From: Octopus bimaculoides
Taxonomy: Eukaryota
Length of the DNA: 34,446 bases
Assembly: GCF_001194135.2 (NCBI RefSeq)
Contig: NC_068987.1
Span: 66,491,408 to 66,525,853 of the forward strand
Reading direction: 5' to 3'
Shown here: positions 23,482-34,324 of the stretch, piece after piece
How the letters are laid out: the number at the start of each line of letters is the position of its first letter
Numbering within the stretch: position 1 is the stretch's first letter
Translations under genes and position numbers: made by a program
Notes under the pieces: generated by a model
Told to the model about the DNA's origin: nothing
The model's input: the letters and a program-made list of their open reading frames with translations, nothing else
Databases searched by the model: none

Positions 23482-23848
23482 NNNNNNNNNNNNNNNNNNN
23501 NNNNNNNNNNNNNNNNNNNNNNNNNNNNNNNNNNNNNNNNNNNNNNNNNNNNNNNNNNNNNNNNNNNNNNNNNNNNNNNNNNNNNNNNNNNNNNNNNNNN
23601 NNNNNNNNNNNNNNNNNNNNNNNNNNNNNNNNNNNNNNNNNNNNNNNNNNNNNNNNNNNNNNNNNNNNNNNNNNNNNNNNNNNNNNNNNNNNNNNNNNNN
23701 NNNNNNNNNNNNNNNNNNNNNNNNNNNNNNNNNNNNNNNNNNNNNNNNNNNNNNNNNNNNNNNNNNNNNNNNNNNNNNNNNNNNNNNNNNNNNNNNNNNN
23801 NNNNNNNNNNNNNNNNNNNNNNNNNNNNNNNNNNNNNNNNNNNNNNNN

Positions 23849-23933
<85 letters not shown>
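23420..23933. repeat. (TC)n(TA)n-gap-(TG)n(TA)n
   Basis: Direct reading; gap 23482-23848. Confidence 0.95.
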
Positions 23934-23961
23934 CAAATGAAAAGGACAGCAAAAATTAAGG

Positions 23962-24661
23962 CAGGGCGAGTATAATGATTTCGAGTAAGGTGAATTTGAA
24001 ATCTTACAGCTGTTTCTGGGTTATCCCAAGCGATAGGCTAGCATGAGTATTCCGTCATCAGAGACAAGGTGAGTATGTGTGAAAGTTCTAGACAGGTAAA
24101 TTCACAGTTTATAAGGAACAAAATAGAAGAATAAAGAGTGAAAGTAGATAGAATAGCGGCAAGAGAATAGAGTACACAGTTATCTTTTTCCAGAGGGCTT
24201 GGAGGTTGTTCCGTACTTTCATGACGGTATAGGACTTTAAGTATAATCCCAGGTAAATCGAGGCAGTATTTTAAATAATGCATTTATGAAAATACGAACC
24301 AACCTCCATACACCCTGGCAAAAGATGAACAGTGAACATCATACAAAATACTGCCAAAATATTGCCTGGATGTACCTGGGATCATACCTAAGGGCCTATA
24401 ATTTCACGGAAGTACGGACCAGCCTCAATACCCTCTGGAAAAAAATCAACTATGAAATTTATTCTCCCGTCTCTATTCTTCTATGTACTTTTGCGAATTT
24501 CCCTGTCTGGAACATTCATACATACTCACCTTGTCTCGGTTGACTTATTTTCCAGTGTATGGACATGCTAGCCTATTAGTTGGGATATCTAAGAAACATC
24601 TGTAAGACGTCAAATTCACCTGACTCTAAATTATTATAAATGACTTGAAATACTCGTCCTG
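23962..24661. mobile_element. Foldback (hairpin) MITE-like element 2, about 700 bp
   Basis: Termini CAGGGCGAGTA / TACTCGTCCTG. Inverted blocks 24054-24106/24492-24544 (46/53) and 24185-24272/24356-24443 (71/88), plus GGTGAATTTGA..TCTTACAG.TGTTTCT and TATCCCAA...ATAGGCTAGCATG mirrored on both sides. Central loop about 83 nt. The CAGGG start resembles Tc1/mariner TIRs. Confidence 0.85.
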
Positions 24662-25260
24662 TGTTGGATATTTGTCCATTTCCTCTAATATGTATTTGCT
24701 AACACAGAAGCCTAATACGGATCACATAACTCCAGCCTTTGCTGTGAACTTGAAACCTCACGAGTGAACTAAACCCCTCATATCCCCCCTCTCTCTCTCT
24801 NNNNNNNNNNNNNNNNNNNNNNNNNNNNNNNNNNNNNNNNNNNNNNNNNNNNNNNNNNNNNNNNNNNNNNNNNNNNNNNNNNNNNNNNNNNNNNNNNNNN
24901 NNNNNNNNNNNNNNNNNNNNNNNNNNNNNNNNNNNNNNNNNNNNNNNNNNNNNNNNNNNNNNNNNNNNNNNNNNNNNNNNNNTATATATATATATATAGA
25001 TATATATATATACATACATACATACATACATACATACATGCATAAGTAGATAGGCGAGTAGATAGATGGTTAGATGAATTGATAGATATATAGACAGATA
25101 GATAGATAGATAGATATGATTTCCGTTCTCACGAAAATCATTCATCTATTCTAAGAACTTGTTGAAAATGAAAAACGCATATCTGCACATATACATTATA
25201 TATGTATGAGTATGTGTGTGTGCGCGCGCACGTATGTGTGTGCATACATGTGTGCATTTA

Positions 25261-26226
25261 CAGGGTGTACTAATATTTTGGCACTCTATCACTCATTGAC
25301 TCATTGAATATTTTATTTCATTTTAGATCAAACTAATCCTAATAATGGCAGAAGACAAAGTTTTGAAGAAAGAAAATTTATCATAAAGTGCTACTGGAAG
25401 CACGAAAACAACATGGAAGTGCAAAGACAATTTAGATGATAATTTCACGAAGATCTGCCAACGCGATGCGGCATTGTTCGCATCCGAGTTAAGTTTGAAT
25501 CAGATGGAATTGTTCATGACGTCCATAAGGATTGTTCGGGGAGACCACAGTCACCAACTAGCCCCGCAAAAGGAAAAAACAGATGCTGGAAAATCTCCAT
25601 CGATCCCCACAAAAATCCGTACCACAAATGTGTTGTGAGACAGGAATCCCCAACTCAAGTACTTCGAAGCGAGTTCATTGGAAATGTAACATTCCAAAAT
25701 TAACCAACGCTCTAGATGAAGACGATCCTGACCGGAGAGCTGACTTTTGTGTGTGTTATCCAGGCAAATGCGCAGAAGATGCAAAATTGTTCGGAGCGAT
25801 GAGTCCAGGTTTAAGTTAAGTGGCTCAATTAACCAACATAATTGCATCTACTGCGCTCTTGAAAAGCTGCATGTTAATATGGAAAATGATTTGAACTTAC
25901 CAGGGCTTACAGTGTGATGTTAGATATTAGCATTGGTCATCCTAGCGTCATTAGTTTTTAACCAAACTGTCACTGGACATGTTTCCTTAAACTTGCTGCA
26001 GGAATCTGTCATTCCAAGTGTCGAAGAGTTGTTTGGTGAGGAAGAAATCAATTTTCAGCAAGATGGAGCACATCCCCACAACCATCTTGATATGAGAGCC
26101 TATCCCGAATCAGCTTTTCTGAACTGATGATTTGAGCAAAGAAAGTAGAGTTGAATCCTGTGTGCGTTCTTCAGACCTTATTCCAATGGAAATTTTCTTT
26201 TTATGTGGGTATATCAAAGGTAAGAG
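25261..26226 (+). mobile_element. Decayed Tc1/mariner DD41D-type (rosa/Visitor-like) transposon, 3'-truncated
   Basis: TA|CAGGGTGT left end; ATG at 25345. ERKFIIKCYWKHENNMEVQRQF (N-terminal HTH), HKDCSGRP, SDES (D at 25798), FQQDGAHPH (D at 26062) and RSSDLIPME (26189), with 41 positions between the second and third acidic residues allowing one frameshift. Several stops; no right TIR seen. Confidence 0.88.
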
Positions 26227-26329
26227 GCAATTGAAACACAATGTCTCCTACACATTCATTTATCCATTTATGCAATTATGCATTTAAATATNNNNNNNNN
26301 NTATATATATATATATATATACTTACACG

Positions 26330-26364
<35 letters not shown>

Positions 26365-26795
26365 GCACACAGTAATACTTTCTGAAGTATCATCGTATAG
26401 GAAGTTAGTGAGCGTCAAACACGTACTCAACCTGTATAGAAGACAAAAGAATGGACAATGCACGATAAAGAGTTTAATAACTAACGTATGTTATACACTT
26501 CGTCTCATATTGAACTCAATGGAAATTTCGATAAGTTGATGGTATCTATACAACTCACGGTTCAAGAAACTAAACGGTTAAATATGCAAATAAAAATCCA
26601 AGAATGTAAAGAATAGAAAAGGTGAATAAAAACTACATATGTTTCATAGCTAAAAAAAAGTTTGTTGCATAACATGTACCATGCACAAAATCTATTTAGC
26701 TAATAATCATATCCGATTAGATTTGAGTTGTTAATATTTGTTTGTTTTTATTCCATACGTTCTTGGATTACAAACACATGTACCTACACACAGAT

Positions 26796-26887
26796 AAACA
26801 CACACACACACACACATATATAGGTAGATAGATAGCTCGACAGAATAATTGTCAGACAAATAAACAGGTAGATAAGCAGATAGATGG

Positions 26888-26974
<87 letters not shown>

Positions 26975-26992
26975 TGTGTGTGTGTACGTATG

Positions 26993-27044
<52 letters not shown>
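26796..27044. repeat. (CA)n, degenerate (GATA), (TA)n(TG)n and pure (GATA)n arrays
   Basis: Direct reading. Confidence 0.93.
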
Positions 27045-27045
<1 letters not shown>

Positions 27046-27614
27046 GATTTCCATCTTGAAAACAATCATTCATCTCTTCTACGAACTGATTTCAAACTTA
27101 AAATTAACGTAGGCAGTTGAGTATTAAACATGCACATACATACTTAAACCTTATTCTGTCGACACAGTGTATGAGGGCCGGACATGTGACTTACTGATGC
27201 AGTCTAGTGAGAAAGAGAAAAAAGTGAAATGAGTAAAAATAATCTCTCCCTGTATTAAGTATATTATTACTTTGTGTATATAGATTGAAAGTTTTAAATA
27301 CAAACCTAACTTTGGCCGAATTTGAACATCGCGTTCAAAGAACCGAAACAAATATAACAAAGCATTCTCGGCAATGCTGTTTTATGTAGAACAACCGTTA
27401 CGCTAAATGAAGAAGGCTATCAAACGTATGGATTATATAAAAATCTTTTTTATTGAGAACGTGTTGGTTACTCAGCCAGAGTAGATTTAAATATTTATTT
27501 ACAAAATAGGAACAATACCTTCTTCAAATTTGGTTTCTCAAACTGTAGTTTCAAAGCAGAGATTGGTCAAAAATGTATAGTAGTGGTGACATGAAATTGA
27601 ATATAATGGTTATT

Positions 27615-27915
27615 TGTTTTGCTTGGTTCATGCTTTTGCTTGATGGGACTGCGGCCTTCCCATATTAGTGGTCCCAGAGACGTCATCATGCGTAGAGCCA
27701 AGGTCCACCAATGCTCACCATCGCTGGTGGTCCCGTGCCAGCTCCACTGCATACTCCAGGGTGCCGGTTGAGTCTCTGAAGAACTTCCTTAATCACGTCC
27801 TGCCATCTGGTGTTGGGCCTGCCACGAGGCTTGTTCCAGCCCACAGCTGCTGCGACGAGTGCGAGTAAGGATGATCTTGCTGAGGAGTGAAGTTCGTAAC
27901 AGCACTTGTGATGGG
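27615..27915 (-). mobile_element. 3' end of an RTE-clade LINE
   Basis: Minus strand with frameshifts: PQQDHP..AAVGWNKPRGRPNTRWQDVIKEVLQRL/TLEYAVELARDHQRW*ALVDLGSTH...QAKA* (stop 27628-27630). This is the RPRGRP..RW / A.DR..WR.LV C-terminal pattern of RTE elements. Locally GC-rich. Confidence 0.8.
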
Positions 27916-28768
27916 TGGCTATGAAGCGGGAGGCTGGAAACGTAATGGTTTTATCTGATGTTGACGGTGTTTGGAGTACAATAAACCAGAAATACTAACA
28001 ATTTGATGAAAATAGCCAGAAAATCAGTGTATTCAATATAAGGAATAGGCGAAGGAGGGGAAATGAACACGTTTAACACAATATATGAGTTAGTACAAGG
28101 AGCTGTCTGTTCGTGTGTGTATATTTGCGTGAGGCAGAGCGAAAGTGCGACAAAGAGACGGAGTAAAGAATGATAACTATATGGATCATTTGTTATAAGG
28201 TTATCCTAACGGTTGAACGATACATAGACACACAATACCTAATATATGAAATATTTTGAACCGTTCAGTTTTCGTAAGCCAATGGTAGAATTATGTAAAA
28301 CTAAGAAAAGGCGGTTTAGGCAAGTAATGCGAAACTGATTAATCTAAATGTGAAAGGAAAAAAAATATTTGTATCACAAAAAATGTTTTGCAGAAGAATA
28401 TATGTAGGATGTCAATAAATGAAAAAAAAAAATTACAAAAGTATATTTGTATGATATCAAAAAAAATTTTATGAAAAAATTTCTTTTTAAAGGAAAACCC
28501 AAATATAGGAAATTTATAGAATTCGAAAAATAGCTTTCAAACTTTCCATGAAAAGTAGTATAACGAAAAAGAGTTGTATGAATTTTATAACCTTCCCGAA
28601 GGCCTTAATTAGATTTAGATGATATGAAAAATTCAAGGCGAGGAGAAATATATGTTAGATTCGCTTAAAACAGACAATATAATATGTGAAAAATTCAAAA
28701 CGTGTCCAATTTACACGAAAGTTATGATTTATGTCAGTTAATAATAATAATAATAATAATGATAATAA

Positions 28769-29229
28769 TGGGATATACCAATACACACAGATAGAGAAAT
28801 TAAGGCAAATAGACCAGATATAGTTGTCAAAGATCATGAAGAAAAAAATGCTTTCTAATTGATGTATCAATACCAGCAGATGACAACGTTTCTTTAAAAG
28901 AAATGGAAAGACTTTCAAAATACAAAGACTTGGAAATAGAGATAACTCGAATGTGGAATCTAAAAACAGAAACAATTCCTATCATAGTAGGTCCCTTAGG
29001 TATAATAAAAAAATATTCAGACAAATACATAACAAAAACACCAGGACTTACAAATATATATAACATACAGAAAATTGCACTACTGGGTATTGCACACATT
29101 CTACGCAAAACACTTTCAATACAGTAAACGTAAGAGTACCACAGCAAACCACAGCACATACCCAAGGCGCACAGAGCTGCGCTCGGTAGTGAAGTGAAAG
29201 CACGTTATAAAAATAAAACTACTGAACAC
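28769..29229 (+). mobile_element. 5'-truncated R4/Dong-like non-LTR retrotransposon (RLE endonuclease domain plus 3' UTR) inserted in (TAA)n
   Basis: WDIPIHTDREIKANRPDIVVKDHEEK-(-1 in the A7 run at 28842-28848)-CFLIDVSIPADDNVSLKEMERLSKYKDLEIEITRMWNLKTETIPIIVGPLG...QKIALLGIAHILRKTLSIQ* (29125-29127), a PD-(D/E)xK-type RLE. The 3' UTR ends ATAAAAATAAAACTACTGAA. (TAA)n lies on both sides (28738-28768, 29230-29407). Confidence 0.92.
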
Positions 29230-29272
<43 letters not shown>

Positions 29273-29298
29273 TAATAATGATAATAATAATAATAATG

Positions 29299-29377
<79 letters not shown>

Positions 29378-29407
29378 CAATATTAATAATGATAATAATA
29401 ATAATGA
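29230..29407. repeat. (TAA)n microsatellite, slightly degenerate
   Basis: Direct reading. Confidence 0.97.
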
Positions 29408-29740
29408 TGAAAATAGGGACATTTTAAAAGATATTCTAATTATGTAGCCATAAATACAAGGCATAAATGCAGTAAATAAATGATACAAAGATCTCTTAAA
29501 TGAAGCTATTTAAGTACATCTCGAGGACAATTATTTCATAAGTACAGATATCTCAAAAATATCTTTCAATTTATTTCGATCTAGTGTAGTTATAAGAAAT
29601 GACTTTTTTCATTCAATTTCGTAATACACTCCCGAAACATAACAAATTTGTTTGCAAATATGTCTATGTGTATATGTAACTGTGTGTGCATACAGATACA
29701 TATGCACGTGCGCACAGACACACACTCACACATATACATA

Positions 29741-29768
29741 CTAATAATGCATCCCGGCGTAACCCGGG
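29741..29768 (-). mobile_element. Candidate Helitron-type 3' terminus
   Basis: Minus strand: GC-rich hairpin CCCGG-GTTACG-CCGGG (29753-29768) ending 12 nt before TTAG|T, one mismatch to CTAG|T. The 5' end was not identified. Confidence 0.3.
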
Positions 29769-31253
29769 TGTTATGACCTACAGCCATATTGTATTATTTG
29801 TTCCTCTCTCATGGGTAGGATCAGCTCAGCTGATATATAGTGAACTGGATTAGTGGAAGTTATCGTTTCTTTAAAAGTGAAGCAGGGAAGGTACAATTTG
29901 CATGGGTTTGCCTGAACGTGCTTTCTTTTCTTAAGAAGGATCACAAACTATGTATTGTTTCATCGTATAAAAGAGGGTTAATAGATTTTGCTCAGAAATC
30001 ACGTTTTCAAAATATAAGTTACCCCGCCCCTCCCCACTACAATTTCTTAATTTGTAACTTTCTTACGAGTTTCTTTTCTTTTTATCCATGTAGAAAAATA
30101 CAGATATTACGAATCTGGGAAATATATCTTTTTAAAGTTTAATCTTTGTTAAAGATACACTTAATGCTCCTTTCTCCACCTCGCCCACTCATCACTTACC
30201 TGCTTTCTAAAAGCTAAAATCACCCTATGTTTCAATTTCGCCTGATGTTTCACGGATGCGTAGAATTATACTGAAACAGCAGACGTAAAAAATATTACAG
30301 TACTACCAAAAAACCCGGCATACTAGAAACAATAGGTAAACGACATTATTTCCGTCCCCACTTTTCAAAAAGTTGAAAGTGAAACGTTATGCGTTTGTAG
30401 CGGTTTGAAACTGGTGAGAAGATGGGTGGATGTTTGAGAATGAGTTTTTAGTGTTTCTTTAAGTAAAAAGAAGGAAGAAAATTCTTAAAGATACTCACTT
30501 TCTGTTTCTTTCTCCGTGGATTACCAAGAAAAAAAAATCGAAAAATGTAAAATGATGAAGAAATTGGGATGAACCATGTACTCTCTATAAAAGCAAGACA
30601 TAACGGGAAACGTACAAAAGGTTCTAAACTTAATCACGTATTCATTCTCTACAAACACTTGACAGAAAACGTTCAGAGCATTGATCGTTTGGTACTGTCA
30701 GTAGAGATGTTCAGTCAGCCGTGTCAGCCTTAAATTACGACGCCAAACATTGACACTTGATACTAACACACGGACGTAGCGGCAGAGCTACAAAAAATTC
30801 TAAGACCAGCTATATGAGTATCCTCTACCAATAAAGTCCTATTCAAAATATACTAATTTGAGCCATGAATTCCTTATAAGAATAGGTCGAGCTTCAAACA
30901 CTAGTCAGAAGCAAGACAGTTGCAACATAAGCCACGTCTTTCTATTACCACTTTTTGAAAACGCGTGTAAACTGTGACATCGGTTAAATCTCTAAATATA
31001 ATAAACAATATTTTAACTATTCTCAGTGCATTTTCAACTTCTATTTTTCCCTATATTTCTACTTGCGTGGAATAAAATAACTTTGTATTCTATATANNNN
31101 NNNNNNNNNNNNNNNNNNNNNNNNNNNNNNNNNNNNNNNNNNNNNNNNNNNNNNNNNNNNNNNNNNNNNNNNNNNNNNNNNNNNNNNNNNNNNNNNNNNN
31201 NNNNNNNNNNNNNNNNNNNNNNNNNNNNNNAGAATACATACTTACATACAACC

Positions 31254-31364
31254 AAAAATACCCTGTTGTTGATTTTGGAATTCCAATGAAGGAGCCTTGG
31301 ATCTAGTTCAGAAACCGGTTCTTTCTCTATTGGCAAGAAATCTTGAAATAACTTGAATAATGAC
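31254..31364 (+). mobile_element. Second copy of the 3' UTR end of the (CATA)n-associated RLE retrotransposon
   Basis: About 110 bp collinear with the reverse complement of 11622-11733 (shared GAAACCGGTTCTTTCTCTATTGGC..GAAATCTTGAAAT, CCTTGGATCTAG). Ends GAATAATGA then CATGCATA. The upstream part may lie in gap 31097-31230. Confidence 0.8.
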
Positions 31365-31726
31365 ATGCATATATAATACTTATATATTTAGTGTTAGACA
31401 TCTTTAAAGCTTATTCAATTAGTCTTTGTTCTATATATTAATTTCCGACGCGTTCTTGCTATTTAAGTGTCTAAGACTCCTTAGATATGATAGTTCTATT
31501 CATCTATTCAGTTTATTTTAAAACAACTACAGTACAGATTCTGATGTCATTATTGACGCTCGTACAAAGTTTTTATTCAAGGTATGCACAATATGAGTGA
31601 ATGAAACGAACCAAATTTCTAGCATCAAAGATAAATTCCTAACATATCAAGCGTGGTGAGGGATTATAAGGAACACGTCGGAAAAAAATTTCATGAAATG
31701 AAATTTTAAGATGTATAACTCTACAT

Positions 31727-32039
31727 GAAGCACATAAGCCTAGTCGTTAGAGCAAGCGGACTCGCGGTCGAGGGATAGCGGGTTCGATTCTCAGACTGGG
31801 CCATATGTGTGTTTATGACCGAAAAACCCAAGCTCCACGCGGCTCCGGTAGAAGGTAATAGCAGAACTTCTGCTGACTCTTTCGTCACAACGTTCTTTCA
31901 CTCTATCCTTCTGCATCTAGCAGCTCACCTGCGACGGACCGGCGTCCCGTTCAGGTGGGAGAACCAATGAAACGCCAATGAAACTGGAAAACCGGCCCTC
32001 ATGAGCCAGGCATGGCACGAAAAAGCATAACAAACAACG
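31727..32039 (+). mobile_element. tRNA-derived SINE family B (V-domain-like)
   Basis: Head GCCTAGTCGTTAGAGC (A-box-like)...GGGTTCGATTCTC (B-box). CCTGCGACGGACCGGCGTCCCGTTCAGG resembles the V central domain as I recall it. Tail AAACCGGCCCTCATGAGCC. TAACTCTAC occurs at 31716-31724 and 32050-32058 (candidate TSD). Confidence 0.8.
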
Positions 32040-33249
32040 TAGCTCTACGTAACTCTACCGTATTTGTAATATACGCTGGAATACTACATAAAATCTTTAG
32101 AAGCGAGCCGAAGGTTTAACAATCGAAAAGAGTACAAACGTAATTACTTTTTACTAAGCGATTCCAAAGATTTTCTAATATTCGATGTGGTTAGCCACGT
32201 CTGGATTTTTAACTGAGTGCTGGTAAAGTATCTCCTCGGATTTATTGTCTCTATTTCTTTGTGAATGCGTGTGTGTATGTGTGTGTTATGGTTATGCGCA
32301 CGTGTATCTATATGTGTATGTGTTTGTGTGTGCGTGCATGCGAATGACGTCCCAGCATGGATATAGCTCACAGACTGAAACATATAAAAGGAACCAAGAG
32401 CATACGTGTGTCTGTAAATTCCGAATACAAATGGCTTTGTAGAGCGACAGTTGGAACAATATTTGCGCTTGCGAAGGATAAAATTCTCATTACCTACCGA
32501 GTAACACAAAAACACTAATATATTCTGTCCGTTATTGCTGAATATATTTATATGATGGAAACGTCGAGATGCAAATATAAAAATCTACTAAAACGAAATA
32601 GAAATAAGTATTAGCAAGTAATATCCAAAGAATAATCATTAAAAGGAGGAAGAAATCATAAAACTTGTGGACGTTTTATCAAGAGTAACATTATTCTGCT
32701 TCAGTCATGACGTTTGGAAGAAAAAAATAGAAATATCCTGGTGATAATCTTTGTGTTGTATAATTATTTTTTTATTCACCAGATGCCAGTATCATACAAA
32801 AGATGATATATATATATATATAAACAAACATAAATAATTTCAGCAATAAACACACTTACCAAAATACCCACAGACGCCAACACATTTAATATAATACGCA
32901 CATATATAAATATACATATGCATGCATGTACGTATATATANNNNNNNNNNNNNNNNNNNNNNNNNNNNNNNNNNNNNNNNNNNNNNNNNNNNNNNNNNNN
33001 NNNNNNNNNNNNNNNNNNNNNNNNNNNNNNNNNNNNNNNNNNNNNNNNNNNNNNNNNNNNNNNNNNNNNNNNNNNNNNNNNNNNNNNNNNNNNNNNNNNN
33101 NNNNNNNNNNNNNNNNNNNNNNNNNNNNNNNNNNNNNNNNNNNNNNNNNNNNNNNNNNNNNNNNNNNNNNNNNNNNNNNNNNNNNNNNNNNNNNNNNNNN
33201 NNNNNNNNNNNNNNNNNNNNNNNNNNNNNNNNNNNNNNNNNNNNNNNNN

Positions 33250-33303
<54 letters not shown>

Positions 33304-33501
33304 TGTATAGTTCAAAGATGAAATTCTCATATTCTCCGTATAGATGATATTTAGTAATGCACAAATGATTCAAAATTAGACCCGATGCCTTTACAGGGGA
33401 TCATTGCACATGGTAAAGATGGCTATTAGAGAGATCGAGTTATGCGGGTATGGAAGCAATTGTAAAGATAATCAAATTAGAGACATCAAATATATTAAAT
33501 A

Positions 33502-34324
33502 CCTGTGATCTGACCAATAAGACTGTTGCCATAGTAACGAGGCAAAAGCACACAGAGTGAAACTGCTTAGCACAGATTGACCATGAACTCTGTCGAGCAT
33601 GCGCACTAAGATTTAACATTCTAGCTTAATCCCGCTGTTTATAGCGTGTGATCGTCGCATTGACCATGGCAGAGAATCTGCATCAAATTTTGCCGAAATC
33701 TTGGCGATACCTGCTTAGAGGCCTAAGTTTTCAAAAAGTTTTCATCTTTCATGAAACAATCATGAGATCCCGTACACTGAAACCCGAGTGTCTTTTTGGT
33801 CGGCTGAAAAAAAGTTTTCGCACACATTTGGCAGACACGCGTCTTATATCCAAATCTGCAGTAGTAATGGATTGCACTGTACCGTAACAAACCGGCACAT
33901 CCTCTGGTAACTCACGGATGGTGATTCGACGATTTCCCCTTACAACTGCACGCATATCTGCGATGTTTTTCTCGGTTCTGCTGGTTGCGAGCCTCCCAGA
34001 ACGTTCATCAATATCGACACTTTAACGTCTTGGAAACGTCTCAACTACTCTTACACTCCCCTCCATACACTTCCTGCAACTCTGCACAGGCCTCTGTGTA
34101 TGTATCGCTATGACAACTTTCACTGTCCTGTTCAATGCGACGATCACACGTTACGCACATTCCTTCCAAGCACTGCTGTTAACAGTGTAAATGAGCTAGA
34201 ACGTTAAAACTTCGTGCGCATGCACAGCAGAGTTCAAGATCAATCTTTGCCAAACGGCCTTATTCTGTGTATTTTAGCTTCGTTACTATGGCAACAGTCC
34301 GGAGAGTTATTGATCAGACCTCGT
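33502..34324. mobile_element. Mariner-derived element made of two convergent 5' halves (no catalytic domain)
   Basis: The minus arm 34324-33724 has the TIR GAGGTCTGATCAATAA and reads TYTEACAELQEVYGGEC..DERSGR..RRITIRELPEDV..YGTVQSI..DLDIRRVSAK..DQKDTRVSV..DENFLKT. The plus arm 33502-33730 is a homologous 5' end with ATG at 33666 and RICIKFCRNLGDTCLEA. About 170-200 bp of leader is shared in inverted orientation. Confidence 0.88.

Larger units (their letters stand above)
2613..33249. other. Ten assembly gaps (N runs)
   Basis: 2613-2622, 4132-4399, 12788-13354, 18713-18743, 19072-19325, 23482-23848, 24801-24982, 26292-26301, 31097-31230, 32941-33249. Most abut simple repeats. Confidence 0.99.

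Noticed and set aside
8446-26129. CTGATGA motifs (8446, 26123 plus; about 20412, 24055 minus) as hammerhead ribozyme cores
   Set aside because: None is followed by a credible stem II plus GAAA and stem III; one lies inside the transposase remnant.
28320-28735. A-rich stretch resembling internal DNA-transposon sequence (also about 7860-8400)
   Set aside because: No TIRs, ORF or second copy in the window to support a call.
31737-31800. tRNA-like sequence
   Set aside because: No clean cloverleaf or acceptor stem, and it continues into a SINE body and tail, so it is a SINE head rather than a tRNA gene. The same applies to the family A heads.
12525-33373. ORFs spanning N runs (12.5, 18.5, 19.0, 23.0, 24.7, 31.0, 32.8 kb)
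   Set aside because: Their length comes from unknown bases plus dinucleotide repeats.
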